DNA from: an uncultured Planctomycetota bacterium
Lineage (GTDB): Bacteria; Planctomycetota; Planctomycetia; Gemmatales; Gemmataceae
Assembly: GCA_963849325.1 (NCBI GenBank)
Contig: CAWKHF010000012.1
Span: forward strand, 1,440,001 to 1,504,000
Direction of reading: 5' to 3'
DNA: 64,000 nucleotides
Of this stretch, positions 1 through 10,174 are shown piece by piece. The translations under genes were made by a program, and so were the position numbers. The notes beneath the pieces were generated by a model. It saw nothing but the letters and a program-made list of their open reading frames with translations. It was not told the DNA's origin and made no database searches. Numbering within the stretch: position 1 is the first letter of the stretch; the number at the start of each line of letters is the position of its first letter.

Positions 1-6
1 ACGATC

Positions 7-804
7 ATGTCCGGCGTGCCCGCGGTCTTCGACGAACTGGAACCCGTCACCAGTCGCTTTTACGTCAACGCCCTGGCCGTGTTGGCCGAGGCGAACGTGC
101 CGTACCTCCTCGGCGGCGCCTACGCCCTGGCTCACTACACGGGGATCGTTCGCCATACCAAGGATCTCGATCTCTTCGTGCGGCCGGCCGACGCGCCTCG
201 GCGCTGGAAGCGCTGGCGCGGGCGGGGTATCGCACCGAAATGACCTTCGCTCACTGGCTGGGCAAGGCTTTCTCCGGCAACGATTTCGTGGACGTGATCT
301 TCTGTTCGGGTAATGGCTTGTGCGCCGTGGACGAGGACTGGTTCGCCTACTCGGTGCCCTGGGATCCAGGCGGGCGGCGCTCGGCTCTGTCCGGCCGAGG
401 AGTTGATCTGGCAGAAAGCCTTCATCATGGAGCGCGAGCGCTTCGATGGCGCCGACGTGATCCACTTGCTCCGTGCCTGCGGCCCGGCGCTGAACTGGGA
501 CCGCCTACTGCGCCGCTTCGATCGTCACGGACAGCTGCTGCTGGCCCACCTTGTCCTCTTCGGGTTCGTCTACCCCGGCGAGCGCGACAAGATCCCTCCG
601 CGCGTCCTCGACCGTTTATTCGAGCGCTGGCGGAACGGGACGGGACGCGCCGAGGACGGGGAAAGGCTCTGCCAGGGGACGTTGCTGTCGCGGATGCAGT
701 ATTTGTATGACACGGAACGCTGGGGCTATCAGGACGCTCGCCAGCCGCCTTGCGGCGTCATGACGCCGGAACAGATCACGCACTGGACGGCGGCGGGGCG
801 GTAA
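7..804 (+). CDS. Nucleotidyltransferase family protein (frameshifted across ORFs 7-243, 240-~360, 313-804)
   Basis: GGAYALAHYTG..R.TKDLDLFV (GG..DxD NTase motif), then WLGKAF..DFVDVIF and ELIWQKAFIMERERFDGADV in successive frames. Confidence 0.75.
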
Positions 805-912
805 CCGAACGGCCCGCGGACTCAACGAGTCCACGGGCCGCCCACGCAAAGACGTTCAGGACGACGCGCGCGACATGCGCTCGGCCACGTCATCTTCCGA
901 ACGCGCCGAACG

Positions 913-1272
913 TCATCGACAGGCGCAGCTGACCAGGAAGCCGAGGCCGAAGGCGATGCCTACCGAGGCGACGGGATAGCGCCGGATCATGCCGGTCACG
1001 TCGCCCCAGAGGTCTTCGGCTCGGTCCCCGAAGGCGGAGAAGCCGTGTTGCAGCCCCTCGCGTGTACTGCTCCAGCTCTCGCCGGCCTGGCCGGCGACAC
1101 CGGAAACGAACTCGCGCGCCTTGTCGCGCATCTGTCCCGCCGTCTCACCCAGGTTGGACGCCATCTCCTGGGCTTTTTCCTTCAAGCCCTTGGCCTCTTC
1201 GGATTGGCCCGACGTGTCGCCCGGGTAGCCGGCGCTCGATCGCGGATGTCCACTGTCACCTTTACCTGCCAT
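913..1272 (-). CDS. Small ElaB/YqjD/DUF883-like membrane-anchored protein
   Basis: Ala/Glu/Gln-rich helical repeats ending in IRRYPVASVGIAFGLGFLV anchor; AGGTGG RBS before ATG at 1272. Confidence 0.6.
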   Translation of the reverse strand: MAGKGDSGHPRSSAGYPGDTSGQSEEAKGLKEKAQEMASNLGETAGQMRDKAREFVSGVAGQAGESWSSTREGLQHGFSAFGDRAEDLWGDVTGMIRRYPVASVGIAFGLGFLVSCACR

Positions 1273-1362
1273 GATCCACCTCCTTCTCGTGATTGAGACA
1301 GGACCGATCAACGACGGAAGAGATGCAAGTTCAATGCCGCAGGAACCCCAGGCGACGGATTG

Positions 1363-1887
1363 TTAATTGATGCTCGGCTGGGGAATGCGCGGCGGCGCCA
1401 GTTGGTCCCATAGTTCCTCGACCGGCGTATCGAACAAGAGCTTGCCGTTGGCCGCGACCACGGCCCAGGCGCCAACCGCCATCTCGTTTTCCAGCTGACC
1501 GCCGCCCCAGCCGGCGTAGCCGCTGAAGACGCGGAAGCGCGGCACCTGCCCCTCTTCCGTCTGCGAGGCACGGTCCAAACAAGCCGCGTCTCCCGAGTAA
1601 ATACCGGGGGCCAACTCGTGCTCCTTGCCCGGACCCGGCGGTTCGGAAGACTCGGCCCACTCGGGATGGCCATGCAGCAGGATCAGGCCCGGCGACGGAC
1701 AGGGACCGCCGACGAACAGCGGCCAGGGCATGTTTTCGGCCTCGGCCGGACGGTTGACCACCAGCCCGAAAGCCCCCTCGTCGCTGTGGGCCAGAAGGAA
1801 CACGACGGCGCGTTTGAAGTTCGGGTCCTGGAGGACGGGCTTGGCGATGAGAAAGCAACCGGCGTAAGACATGACGACGGCACCCAT
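1363..1887 (-). CDS. YqgE/AlgH family protein (DUF179)
   Basis: DPNFKRAVV, GAFGLVVNRP, GGP, FSGYAGWGGGQLENE..GAW motifs. Confidence 0.9.
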   Translation of the reverse strand: MGAVVMSYAGCFLIAKPVLQDPNFKRAVVFLLAHSDEGAFGLVVNRPAEAENMPWPLFVGGPCPSPGLILLHGHPEWAESSEPPGPGKEHELAPGIYSGDAACLDRASQTEEGQVPRFRVFSGYAGWGGGQLENEMAVGAWAVVAANGKLLFDTPVEELWDQLAPPRIPQPSIN

Positions 1888-1964
1888 GCAAGAAGTCGGG
1901 GATCAATCCGATCCTTGTTTATTCTAGCAAGAATGAGACCGGAAAGTCGCGCCGAACGCGACCT

Positions 1965-2351
1965 TCATGGCGGTTCCTGGAAAAGCTTCAGGGTGGGCAG
2001 GATGCGCTGTACCTGGATGAACTGCGTATCCCGAGTCCATAATTCCAGGTTGTTAAGGATGGCAACGGTGGCGAGGACCGCATCGGGAAAGGGGATCGTA
2101 ACGCCATGGACACGCAACGAGGCCAGATGATCGCCCACCACGTCCCAGAGCGAATCGGGGATCGCCACCTGTGCGAACACGGCCAGCACGGTCAGCAGGT
2201 TCCCGCGATGGGCTGGATCGCGGGCCCCGTGCAGTACTTCGGCGCGGGTGATGCCGCAGACGGCCACGGACAAGGTTGGGAGCAGGGTCTGGAGCTTCGC
2301 GTCCTGTCCCTTGGCGTAGTCAATGACCACACTGGTATCGACCAGAATCAT
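1965..2351 (-). CDS. PIN-domain VapC-type toxin
   Basis: ILVDTSVVID, EVLHG, PDAVLA, LWTRD PIN acidic motifs; 128 aa. Confidence 0.9.
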   Translation of the reverse strand: MILVDTSVVIDYAKGQDAKLQTLLPTLSVAVCGITRAEVLHGARDPAHRGNLLTVLAVFAQVAIPDSLWDVVGDHLASLRVHGVTIPFPDAVLATVAILNNLELWTRDTQFIQVQRILPTLKLFQEPP

Positions 2352-2596
2352 GACAGATGGTCGCTCGCATGCTTACGATCGTACTCCCGCTGCTCTCTCC
2401 AGGCATCGAAATCGTACCCGGCCAGTGCCCGCGCCGCCTGTGCGGCAGTATCCCAGTCACCTGTACCCGGCTGGATGGAGGAGAGAGGCTCCTCTTCCAG
2501 CACAATGATCTCCACCGTCCGGCCGAGGAACGGTTTCAACTCCGGCAAGTGTAGCGTCTCGGAATCGATGCGTCGATGGATACGGATGGCGGTCAT
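2348..2596 (-). CDS. Putative antitoxin of the PIN toxin
   Basis: 82-aa ORF (MTAIRIHRRIDSETLHLPEL..GRTVEIIVLEE) whose stop overlaps the toxin start (ATGA). Confidence 0.7.
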   Translation of the reverse strand: MTAIRIHRRIDSETLHLPELKPFLGRTVEIIVLEEEPLSSIQPGTGDWDTAAQAARALAGYDFDAWREQREYDRKHASDHLS

Positions 2597-2728
2597 GTCG
2601 AGTCCCCCGTTGGTTTCGATGCCTCCTGCGATTCTACCCTTCCGGTCCATTCTCCCGCAGCGCCAGCCTTCGATTCGACTCCACAATCGTCCCCTCCAGT
2701 CCACGGGGCGTTTTCGGTTCCGTAGTCT

Positions 2729-4052
2729 CAGTAGTTTCCGGTTCGGGCTGAGGGAGGAGGGGTGAGGGAGACAATCGCAAGGCTCCTCCTGAGAATGACT
2801 TGTACCACCAAGGACATTCCAGGAGGGAGCCATGCGACAACGGCAGTATACACTCACCCCCGCCCACGTCCACGCCCACGTCAGCGCCCGGATGCAACAA
2901 TATCTCCGCCTGGCTGACCACGGCCCCCGCTGCCGAGCCGATACCCTGTGGGCCGTCCTCTGCTACGCCGCCAGCCGCATCATCTCTCTGGCCGCCGCCT
3001 GCGCCGCCCTCCGCGACGCGCCCTCCGACACCGCCGCCCACGACGCCCTGCTCGCCACCCTCCCTGACTACGCCGAACTGCAACGCCGCCTCAACCGCGC
3101 CCTGCAAGGCGACCTGCCCCACGCCTTACGCCGACGCCGCCAGCCCTTGGCCATCGACTTGGTGCTCATCCCCTACCACGGCAGACCCCTGCACCACGCC
3201 GACGAGGTCTACCGCAGCCAAGCCAAGAGCGGCACCAGCCACTTCCACGCCTACGCCACCGCCTACGTCATCCAGAAGGGCCGACGCTTCACCGTTGCCC
3301 TCACCCCGGTGGCCCGCCACGACGCCATGCCGGAGGTGCTCAAGCGGCTGCTGCGTGAGGCGGCGCGGGCCGGCATCCGCCCGCGTTATCTGCTGTTGGA
3401 CCGCGGCTTTTGCAGCGTGGACGTCATCCGCTACCTGCAGAATGCCCGCTACGCCTGGTTGATGCCGTTGGTGCTGCGCGGCGCAAGGCCGACCACCCCA
3501 AGGGACCGTCGGGCAGCCGGGTTTTCGCCGGCCGCAAGCGTAGCGGCTGGGCCGAGTACACGATGACCAACGCCGCCAAACGCCGGGCGCGGTTCCGGGT
3601 GTGTATCAAGTGTCGCAACCGTCGCGGCGAGCGGGGGCGGCATGGCCGTGAGGCGTTGGTGTATGCCTTCGGCGGGCCGTTGCGTCCGTCGTCGTACACG
3701 TGGGTGAAGGAGACGTATCGGAGTCGGTTCGCCATCGAGACGAGCTACCGTCAGATGCACCAAGCGCGGATTCGGACCTGCACGCGCGATCCGCTGCTGC
3801 GTTTGTTGTACGTGGGGGTGGCGTTGCTCTTGCGCAACGTCTGGGTGTGGTTGCATTGGCAGGTGTTGGCGCGTCGTCAGCGTGGCGGTCGGCGGATCAA
3901 TCTGGGGCGTTTGAGCTTTCGCAAGATGCTGGTGTGGTTGCAACACTGGGCCGAAGCACGCTTGGGTATCCACGATGAAATCGCCACGGAACATCGGATG
4001 TATGAATGAGTTGGGGCATGGTATCATGATTCACACTCACCGGAAACTACTG
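2729..4052 (+). mobile_element. Complete insertion sequence, ISH3-like DDE
   Basis: Perfect 14-bp TIRs CAGTAGTTTCCGGT (2729-2742) and ACCGGAAACTACTG (4039-4052); 5-bp direct repeat AGTCT at 2724-2728 and 4053-4057. Confidence 0.9.
2832..4009 (+). CDS. ISH3-type DDE transposase (frameshift near 3480)
   Basis: LAIDLVLIPYHG, GTSHFHAYAT, LLLDRGF, YRSRFAIETSYR motifs. Confidence 0.85.
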
Positions 4053-4101
4053 AGTCTTAATAAGGAGGGTGAGCCAACACCAGCAGAACGGGAGTTTCGT
4101 C

Positions 4102-5184
4102 ATGGCCGAACACACATCGCTGCACGAGTTGACCGCTGCGGCCGGGGCCGCATTCATTGAGGAGGCCGGCTTCCTGGTGCCCGGCCACTTCGGCGACCCG
4201 GTGGCGGAGTACCGTCACGCCCGCGGAAGTACCATCGTCGTCGATGAATCGCATCACGGCAAGGTTGAGGTTCGCGGCGCCGACGCCGCGCGGTTTCTAC
4301 ATAACCTCACGACCAACGACATTCTCGGTCTGTCGCCGGGCAACGGGTGCGAGGCGTTCCTGACCACCACCAAGGCCAAGGTCATCGCTTATTTACTAAT
4401 CTATCGACACGCTTCGCCCGCCGAGGTTCCGGGGTTCTCGCTCGACCTCGCGCCGGGCGCCGCCGAGAAGGTGGTGTCGTACCTGGATCGCTACCTTATT
4501 AGCGAGCAGGTCGAGTTCGCCAACCCGACACGAGAGTTCGCGCAGCTGCACCTGGCCGGCCCTCAGGCTGTGACCGTGCTGGGGCAGCTTCTCGGCGAGG
4601 GGAGCCTACCCGCTGAGCCGTTGCGGCATGGGCGGCGCGCTTCGGCGGAGAGACGGATAGCTGGGTCCGCCGTCACGATGCTCTTGGTCTACCGGGGTAT
4701 GACCTCGTTTGTCCGGCAGCCCAGGCAGCGAGCATCTGGCAGCGACTGACGCAGGCGGGAGCGCGACCGGCCGGACGCGAGGCGTGCGAGATGCTCCGCG
4801 TCGAGGCGGGACGGCCGCGCGAGGGGACGGACATTGACGACACCACCTTCGCCCCGGAGGTCGGCCGCATCGCCGAGACCATCTGCTACACGAAAGGGTG
4901 CTATCTCGGTCAGGAGTCGATCGTCATGGCGCGCGATCGCGGCCAGGTCAATCGCAGCCTGGTCGGCGTTCGGCTTCCCAAGGGGTCGGTGCCGCACGGC
5001 AGTTTGCTCTTCGCCGGGGGCAAGGAAGTGGGCCGCGTGACCTCCAGCGTCCATTCGCCCCGACTGGACACGGCCATCGGACTGGCCTACGTGCGCCGCG
5101 GATACCAGGAAGCCGGCACGCTCGTCGAGGTCGAGGCGGCCGGCGCCCTGCGCACCGGCGGAAGTGGCCGCGCTGCCCTTCTGA
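4102..5184 (+). CDS. ygfZ: YgfZ/GcvT-like folate-binding protein (frameshifted)
   Basis: G.DAARFLHNLTTNDI and YTKGCYLGQE signature; likely true end EVAALPF-TGA at 5184. Confidence 0.85.
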
Positions 5185-5202
5185 TGTTATCGCATGTCCT
5201 CG

Positions 5203-5269
5203 CCGTTTAGCCGCGACGCGCAGCGGAGCGCGGGACTGCCGCGCTCCGCTGCGCGTCGCGGCTAAACGG
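5203..5269. repeat. Palindromic REP-like element, family A copy 1
   Basis: CCGTTTAGCCGCGACGCGCAGCGGAGCGCGG-gactg-CCGCGCTCCGCTGCGCGTCGCGGCTAAACGG between convergent genes. Confidence 0.9.
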
Positions 5270-5275
5270 GGCTTT

Positions 5276-6253
5276 TTACCGTTGCAGCAGCAGTTGCACG
5301 CAGCTGACGCCGTTGAAAAAGCCGTGCAGCACGATCGGCCCAACCAGGCTTTGCGTCCGTTGGGCAAGCACGCCCAGGCCCAGGCCCAGCACGAACAGCG
5401 GCACCGGCGTCGGCCACACCGACGTATGAATGCAGGCGAACAGCAGGGCCGTCGAGAAGATGGCCGGTCCCAGCGGCGTGCGACTTCGCCACCATACCAG
5501 CAGGTAAAAGGGCGTCAGAGCGAGCACGAACAGCATCGGCGCGACGGCGTCCGCAACGGAGGCCGACCCTTCCCGACAGGCTGCGGCGATTCGCTCCCAC
5601 CGATAGAGTACGGCCAGCCCCAGCGCCGCCAGCATGGCCAGGTGTCCGTCCCAGCGCCGCGTCGCCAGCCACGGTTGCAACACGCCACGAAAGCTCAATT
5701 CTTCCCGCATCGGCGCCGCCACCGTGGCCGTGAATACCAACAGCACCCATTCGAGGACAGACAACGGCTGTTGCGCCACGATCTCCAGGGCGTGTTTTTC
5801 CACCCGGTCCTCTCCCGCGAGGGAGTAGAGATACTGAACGAGCCAGTAGACGCCAAACACCACGGGAGTCAGGACGAGCGCCCCAAGGAGGCCGGCGAAC
5901 AGATTGCGGTCGAACCGCCGCACCGTTAGGCCGAGTTGTTCGGGGCGCGTGCCGCTGATCGCCGCGAAGAGCAGGGGAAAGGTGAGCACCTGAAGGGGGG
6001 ACGCTAGGGCGGTCGGCCACAGGCTCAAACGCGCCTGCGCCTTGTGCTTTTCCTCGGGATCGCTGTGCTCGGATTCGGCCGTGGACACCAGCTCCGGGCC
6101 GTAATACCAGCGATAAAAGTTCGCGCCCTGCAACGTGGCTTGCACCAGCGCCGGCCAGAAAAACCACGCCAGATACGCCGAAACGAGGATTTCCGCCGCC
6201 GTCCAGGGTACGCGCCGCGACCCGCCGTTGATCGTGTTGCGTTCGTCCACCAT
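5276..6253 (-). CDS. CPBP (CAAX/Abi) intramembrane metalloprotease
   Basis: APMREELSFRG, FACIH, H..FN motifs; multiple TM segments. Confidence 0.85.
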   Translation of the reverse strand: MVDERNTINGGSRRVPWTAAEILVSAYLAWFFWPALVQATLQGANFYRWYYGPELVSTAESEHSDPEEKHKAQARLSLWPTALASPLQVLTFPLLFAAISGTRPEQLGLTVRRFDRNLFAGLLGALVLTPVVFGVYWLVQYLYSLAGEDRVEKHALEIVAQQPLSVLEWVLLVFTATVAAPMREELSFRGVLQPWLATRRWDGHLAMLAALGLAVLYRWERIAAACREGSASVADAVAPMLFVLALTPFYLLVWWRSRTPLGPAIFSTALLFACIHTSVWPTPVPLFVLGLGLGVLAQRTQSLVGPIVLHGFFNGVSCVQLLLQR

Positions 6254-6284
6254 ACCTCTTCTCTGTACGCTAACGGTACCAAGT

Positions 6285-6335
6285 GCCGCTTGCGGCTTAG
6301 CGACAGCCCGTGCCGAGCGCCAAGCCGCAAGCGGC
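6285..6335. repeat. Palindromic element, family B (half copy at 10020-10037)
   Basis: GCCGCTTGCGGCTTAGCG...CGCCAAGCCGCAAGCGGC, 18-bp arms with 1 mismatch. Confidence 0.65.
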
Positions 6336-6351
6336 TAACCCAGAGCGCCGT

Positions 6352-7159
6352 ATGAGCAGCATCCTCGATCGCATCGTCGCCTACAAGCGTCAGGAGATCG
6401 CCACGGCTCGCAGCCGCGTGCCGGACGCGGAGCTGGAAAAGCGCCTCGACGCCGTACCACCGACGCGCGACTTCCGCGCCGCGCTCGAACGCGGCCCTGG
6501 CCTGGGCATCATCGCCGAGGTCAAGAAGGCATCGCCCTCGGCCGGACTGCTCCGCGCCGACTTCGATCCCGTGGTCATCGCGCGCATCTACGAACAGAAC
6601 GGGGCGGCGTGCATCAGCGTCCTGACCGATGAACCTTCCTTCCAGGGCCGCCTGAGCTACCTGAGCGCCGTCCGCGCCGCCGTGTCGCCGCCGCTGTTGC
6701 GCAAGGACTTCTTGCTCGACCGTTATCAACTGCTCGAAGCGCGCACGGCCGGCGCCGATGCCGTCCTGCTCATCGCCGAAATTCTCGACGAGACCGCGCT
6801 GCCGCGCCTGCTGCGCCAGGCCGCCGAACTGGGCTTGCAAGCCCTCGTCGAGCTGTACGACCGCGACAACCTGCCGCGCGTCCTCGACAGCGGAGCGCGA
6901 CTCATCGGCATCAACAACCGCAACCTGCGCACCTTCGAGACCCGCCTCGAACACACGCTCGATCTGGTCGCATCGCTGCCGCCGGACGTTTGCCTGGTCA
7001 GCGAAAGCGGCATCCGCACGCGCGGCGACGTTCGAGCGCTTACAGACGGCCGGCGTTCGCGCCGTGCTGATCGGCGAGACCTTGATGCGTGCTCCCGACA
7101 TCGGCGCCAAGCTCCGCGAACTGAGCGGCGCGGCCATCCAGCGCGACACGGGCCGGTGA
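6352..7159 (+). CDS. trpC: Indole-3-glycerol phosphate synthase (frameshift near 7035)
   Basis: IIAEVKKASPSAG, ISVLTD, LRKDF, IGINNRNL, SESGI, then AVLIGETLMR in the next frame. Confidence 0.95.
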
Positions 7160-8864
7160 GGGTGCCGGCGCACGAAGCGTTCCCGTCTCCTCCTCGGTGT
7201 CGATCAGTACCCGGTAACCACACCACGCCCACAAGAGCAGCAGGCCGAGCGATTCTCCCGGCGGAAAATGGTGCGCCGGATCGCAAAGCGACTCGACGAC
7301 GGGTATGGCCGTCACCGCCGGCAGGGCCAGGATCAGCACGAGCAAGAGCGGCGGCATGGAGGCGCACACCCAGCGCGCTCGGCGGCCACCCGGCAGCAGC
7401 GGCATCGGCGGCGGGGCCCAATCCTCCAAGCCCGGCTGGTAATAGGGGAGCATCTCGGGCCGCGGGCGCACGTCACCGCGGGCCCACGGCCAGAACTCGG
7501 CCCGGAGATAGCATCGCGGTTCGGTGAACAGCAACAGGACCGGCAGACCGGCGAGCAAGACGTCGTAATACATGAAGTGATAGCAGGAGAAGTACGCCCC
7601 CAGCAGGACGAAGGCGGCGGCCGGCCCGGTCAGCGCCTTCATCCGCTTGCCGCGGCGCGCGATCACCAGGAGCGTGGTCAGCAGCACGGCCGCCCACAAG
7701 GTCCAGCCGAGGACCGTGGGTAGCAGCTGTTCCTCCGGTTTGCTGGCGAGGCTGTGCTCGAAGGTGAGCAGCATGCGCCGCGGGATGCCGAACAGATCGC
7801 GGCTCAGGATGATCCAGTTTTCTTGCCAGCGTGTAGCCGTCCGCCGCCATGTGGCCGACTTCCAGCCAGTTCAACCAGCTCCGCCAACCAACTACCGGCA
7901 GCGTGATCAGGATTTGCACGATCCCCGTAATGGCCATGCTCGCCGTCATGCGTCCGCGTCGCGTCACCAGCGGCACCAGGAAGAATGATGCCGCCCACAC
8001 CGGCTTGAAGGCGAGCAAGCCCCAGCATACGCCGGCCAACGTTGGCCGACCGCGCGTCAACTGCCACCAGCCGACCAGCACAACCGTTAGGCTCAACATC
8101 GCGTTTTGCCCGAGGGTGAGGCAGCCGCCGAAGCCCGGAAACATCAGGAGGAAGCCCATCGCCACCGGCCACCACACACGCCCTTCGGTCAAGCGCTGAA
8201 TCACCCAGCCATCGAAGAACACCAACGCGAGGATCAGCGCCTGCATAACGCGATAGGCTATTCGCGGAGGCAGCGTGCTCAGGGGGGCGAAGAAGAGGGC
8301 ATGCACGGGCGGATAGAGGGCGCCACCAACATGCGGCTCGACCACGTGCTTCAAGCGTTCCGGCCCCCACAAGTCCTGTCCGGCCGCCAGCACGGCCGAT
8401 TCGCCGTACACGTCGTTCGCGGCCAGGGGCAGCAGGAAGGAGGCCACGACGTTCGCTGCTTGCACGTCGTCCGCGCCCGTCATCCAGTCGAGCAGGGCGT
8501 GCGCATCGTTTTTATATGCCTCGCGGCTTTCGACGCCGGCTGGGTAGTGCTCTTCCACGACCATGCGGAGATAATTGCGATTGTAGAGTTGTCTCCCGTG
8601 CCCCTCGACAATCATGCGGCCCATGACCCACTGTCCGCCGAAGTCGATGCTGGCGTGCCCCCAGTTGCCGTCAGCGCGGGCGGGGTCGTCGAAGCACGTC
8701 CACGCCTCTTCGATCACGAAGCCGACCGCTCCCAGGGTAAGGAGCCAGCAGAGGGCCCAGCGCGTCGCGGGCCGCAGCAGAAAACGGAGGATCCGGACGG
8801 GATTGCCCCTGTCCAGCAACAAATCGAAGACGGGGCGGCGTGCGTGCGGGGCAGGTTCCGGCAT
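7040..8864 (-). CDS. GT87/DUF2029-like membrane glycosyltransferase (frameshift near 7820)
   Basis: IDFGGQW, LYPP..A, GQN, LLAFKP, HFMYYD motifs; polytopic membrane protein. Confidence 0.7.
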
Positions 8865-8979
8865 CGTGGCGGGGCCTCTGGCCTGAAGGACTGCGGTACA
8901 ATAGTCACCATCCGTCGTCCGCAAGCCGATCGTGGACGACGGCGCGTGCAGAGATTGTAGCAGATCGCGGGAGTGGTGG

Positions 8980-10009
8980 ATGGACGTCAGCAAGCGGCTC
9001 GTCGGCATGCGCGCGAGTGTCTGCGCTCCCTGCCGGATGCTTCGGCCGGCGTCGTCGTCGCCGTCTCGGGAGGCGCCGACAGCGTCGCGCTGCTGCGCGC
9101 TTTCGCCGCCGCCCGCGATCCACGCATCCCCGTCCCTCTCGTCCTCGCCCACCTCAACCACCAGCTGCGGCGCCGAGAGCGATGCGGACGAGGAGTTTGT
9201 CGCCGACCTGCACGCACGGCTATCGGCGTCCGGCTGTCCTCTCCTGTCGATGTGCCGAACGCGACTCGACGTTGCCGCACGGGCGCGGGCCGAGCACGCC
9301 AACCTCGAAGCGCTGGCGCGGCGCGAACGCTATCGCTGGCTGGCCGAAGTGGCGCGGGCCCACGAGATTCGATGGATCGTCACCGGCCACACCGCCAACG
9401 ATCAGGCCGAGACGGTGCTGCATCGACTGCTGCGCGGCACGGGCCTACGCGGCCTGCGCGGCATCGCTCCGTATCGGGAGTTGGGGCCGAACCTCGCCGT
9501 GGTTCGTCCGCTATTGTCGGCGACGCGGGAAGAAATCATCGAGTATCTCCGCGAACTGGGTCAGCCGTACCGTGAGGACCGCACGAACGACGATCCCGCG
9601 TACACACGCAATCGCATCCGCCACCAGCTGCTGCCCCTTCTCGCCCGGACTTACAACCCGGCCATCGTCGGCGTGCTGGCGCGCCTGGCGGAGCAAGCCG
9701 AAGAGACCTACCGAATCGAGGAGGCCGCCGCCCGGGCTTTGCTCTCCGAGGTGGAGATGCCCCGCGCCGGCTCGTTGCTCATCTTCGATAGTCGGCGGCT
9801 GATGACGGCCCCGCGAATTCGAGTACGCGAGATGTTTCGGCTGGTGTGGATGCGCGAGGACTTGGCCGCTCGGCGGCATGGACCATGCCGCCTGGGAGCG
9901 GCTGGCCGGTGTCGTTTTCGAGAGCGCTTCGGCCGTGGATTTGCCGGGCGGTCTGCGTGCCCGGCGCCTCGAACGAGTGGTTCAATTGGGTCGTCCCTCC
10001 GGGCAATGA
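8980..10009 (+). CDS. tilS: tRNA(Ile)-lysidine synthetase (frameshifted)
   Basis: VAVSGGADSVALL, HLNHQLR, E..AR..RY, TGHTANDQAETVL..LLRG, RPLL, RNRIRH motifs. Confidence 0.92.
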
Positions 10010-10174
10010 GAATTGGTTGGCCGCTTGCGACTTAGCGAGGCAGCGGCCAACACGAAACGCGCTCCCGGTCAAGTTCCCATCCGAGTCCGAATAAGAACGA
10101 AAAAAATCGGTGCGCACGCCCTGTTTCTCTCGCTATTCCGTAGAGGGGCGTTGTCGGGCAACGGAGTGAGCGAT

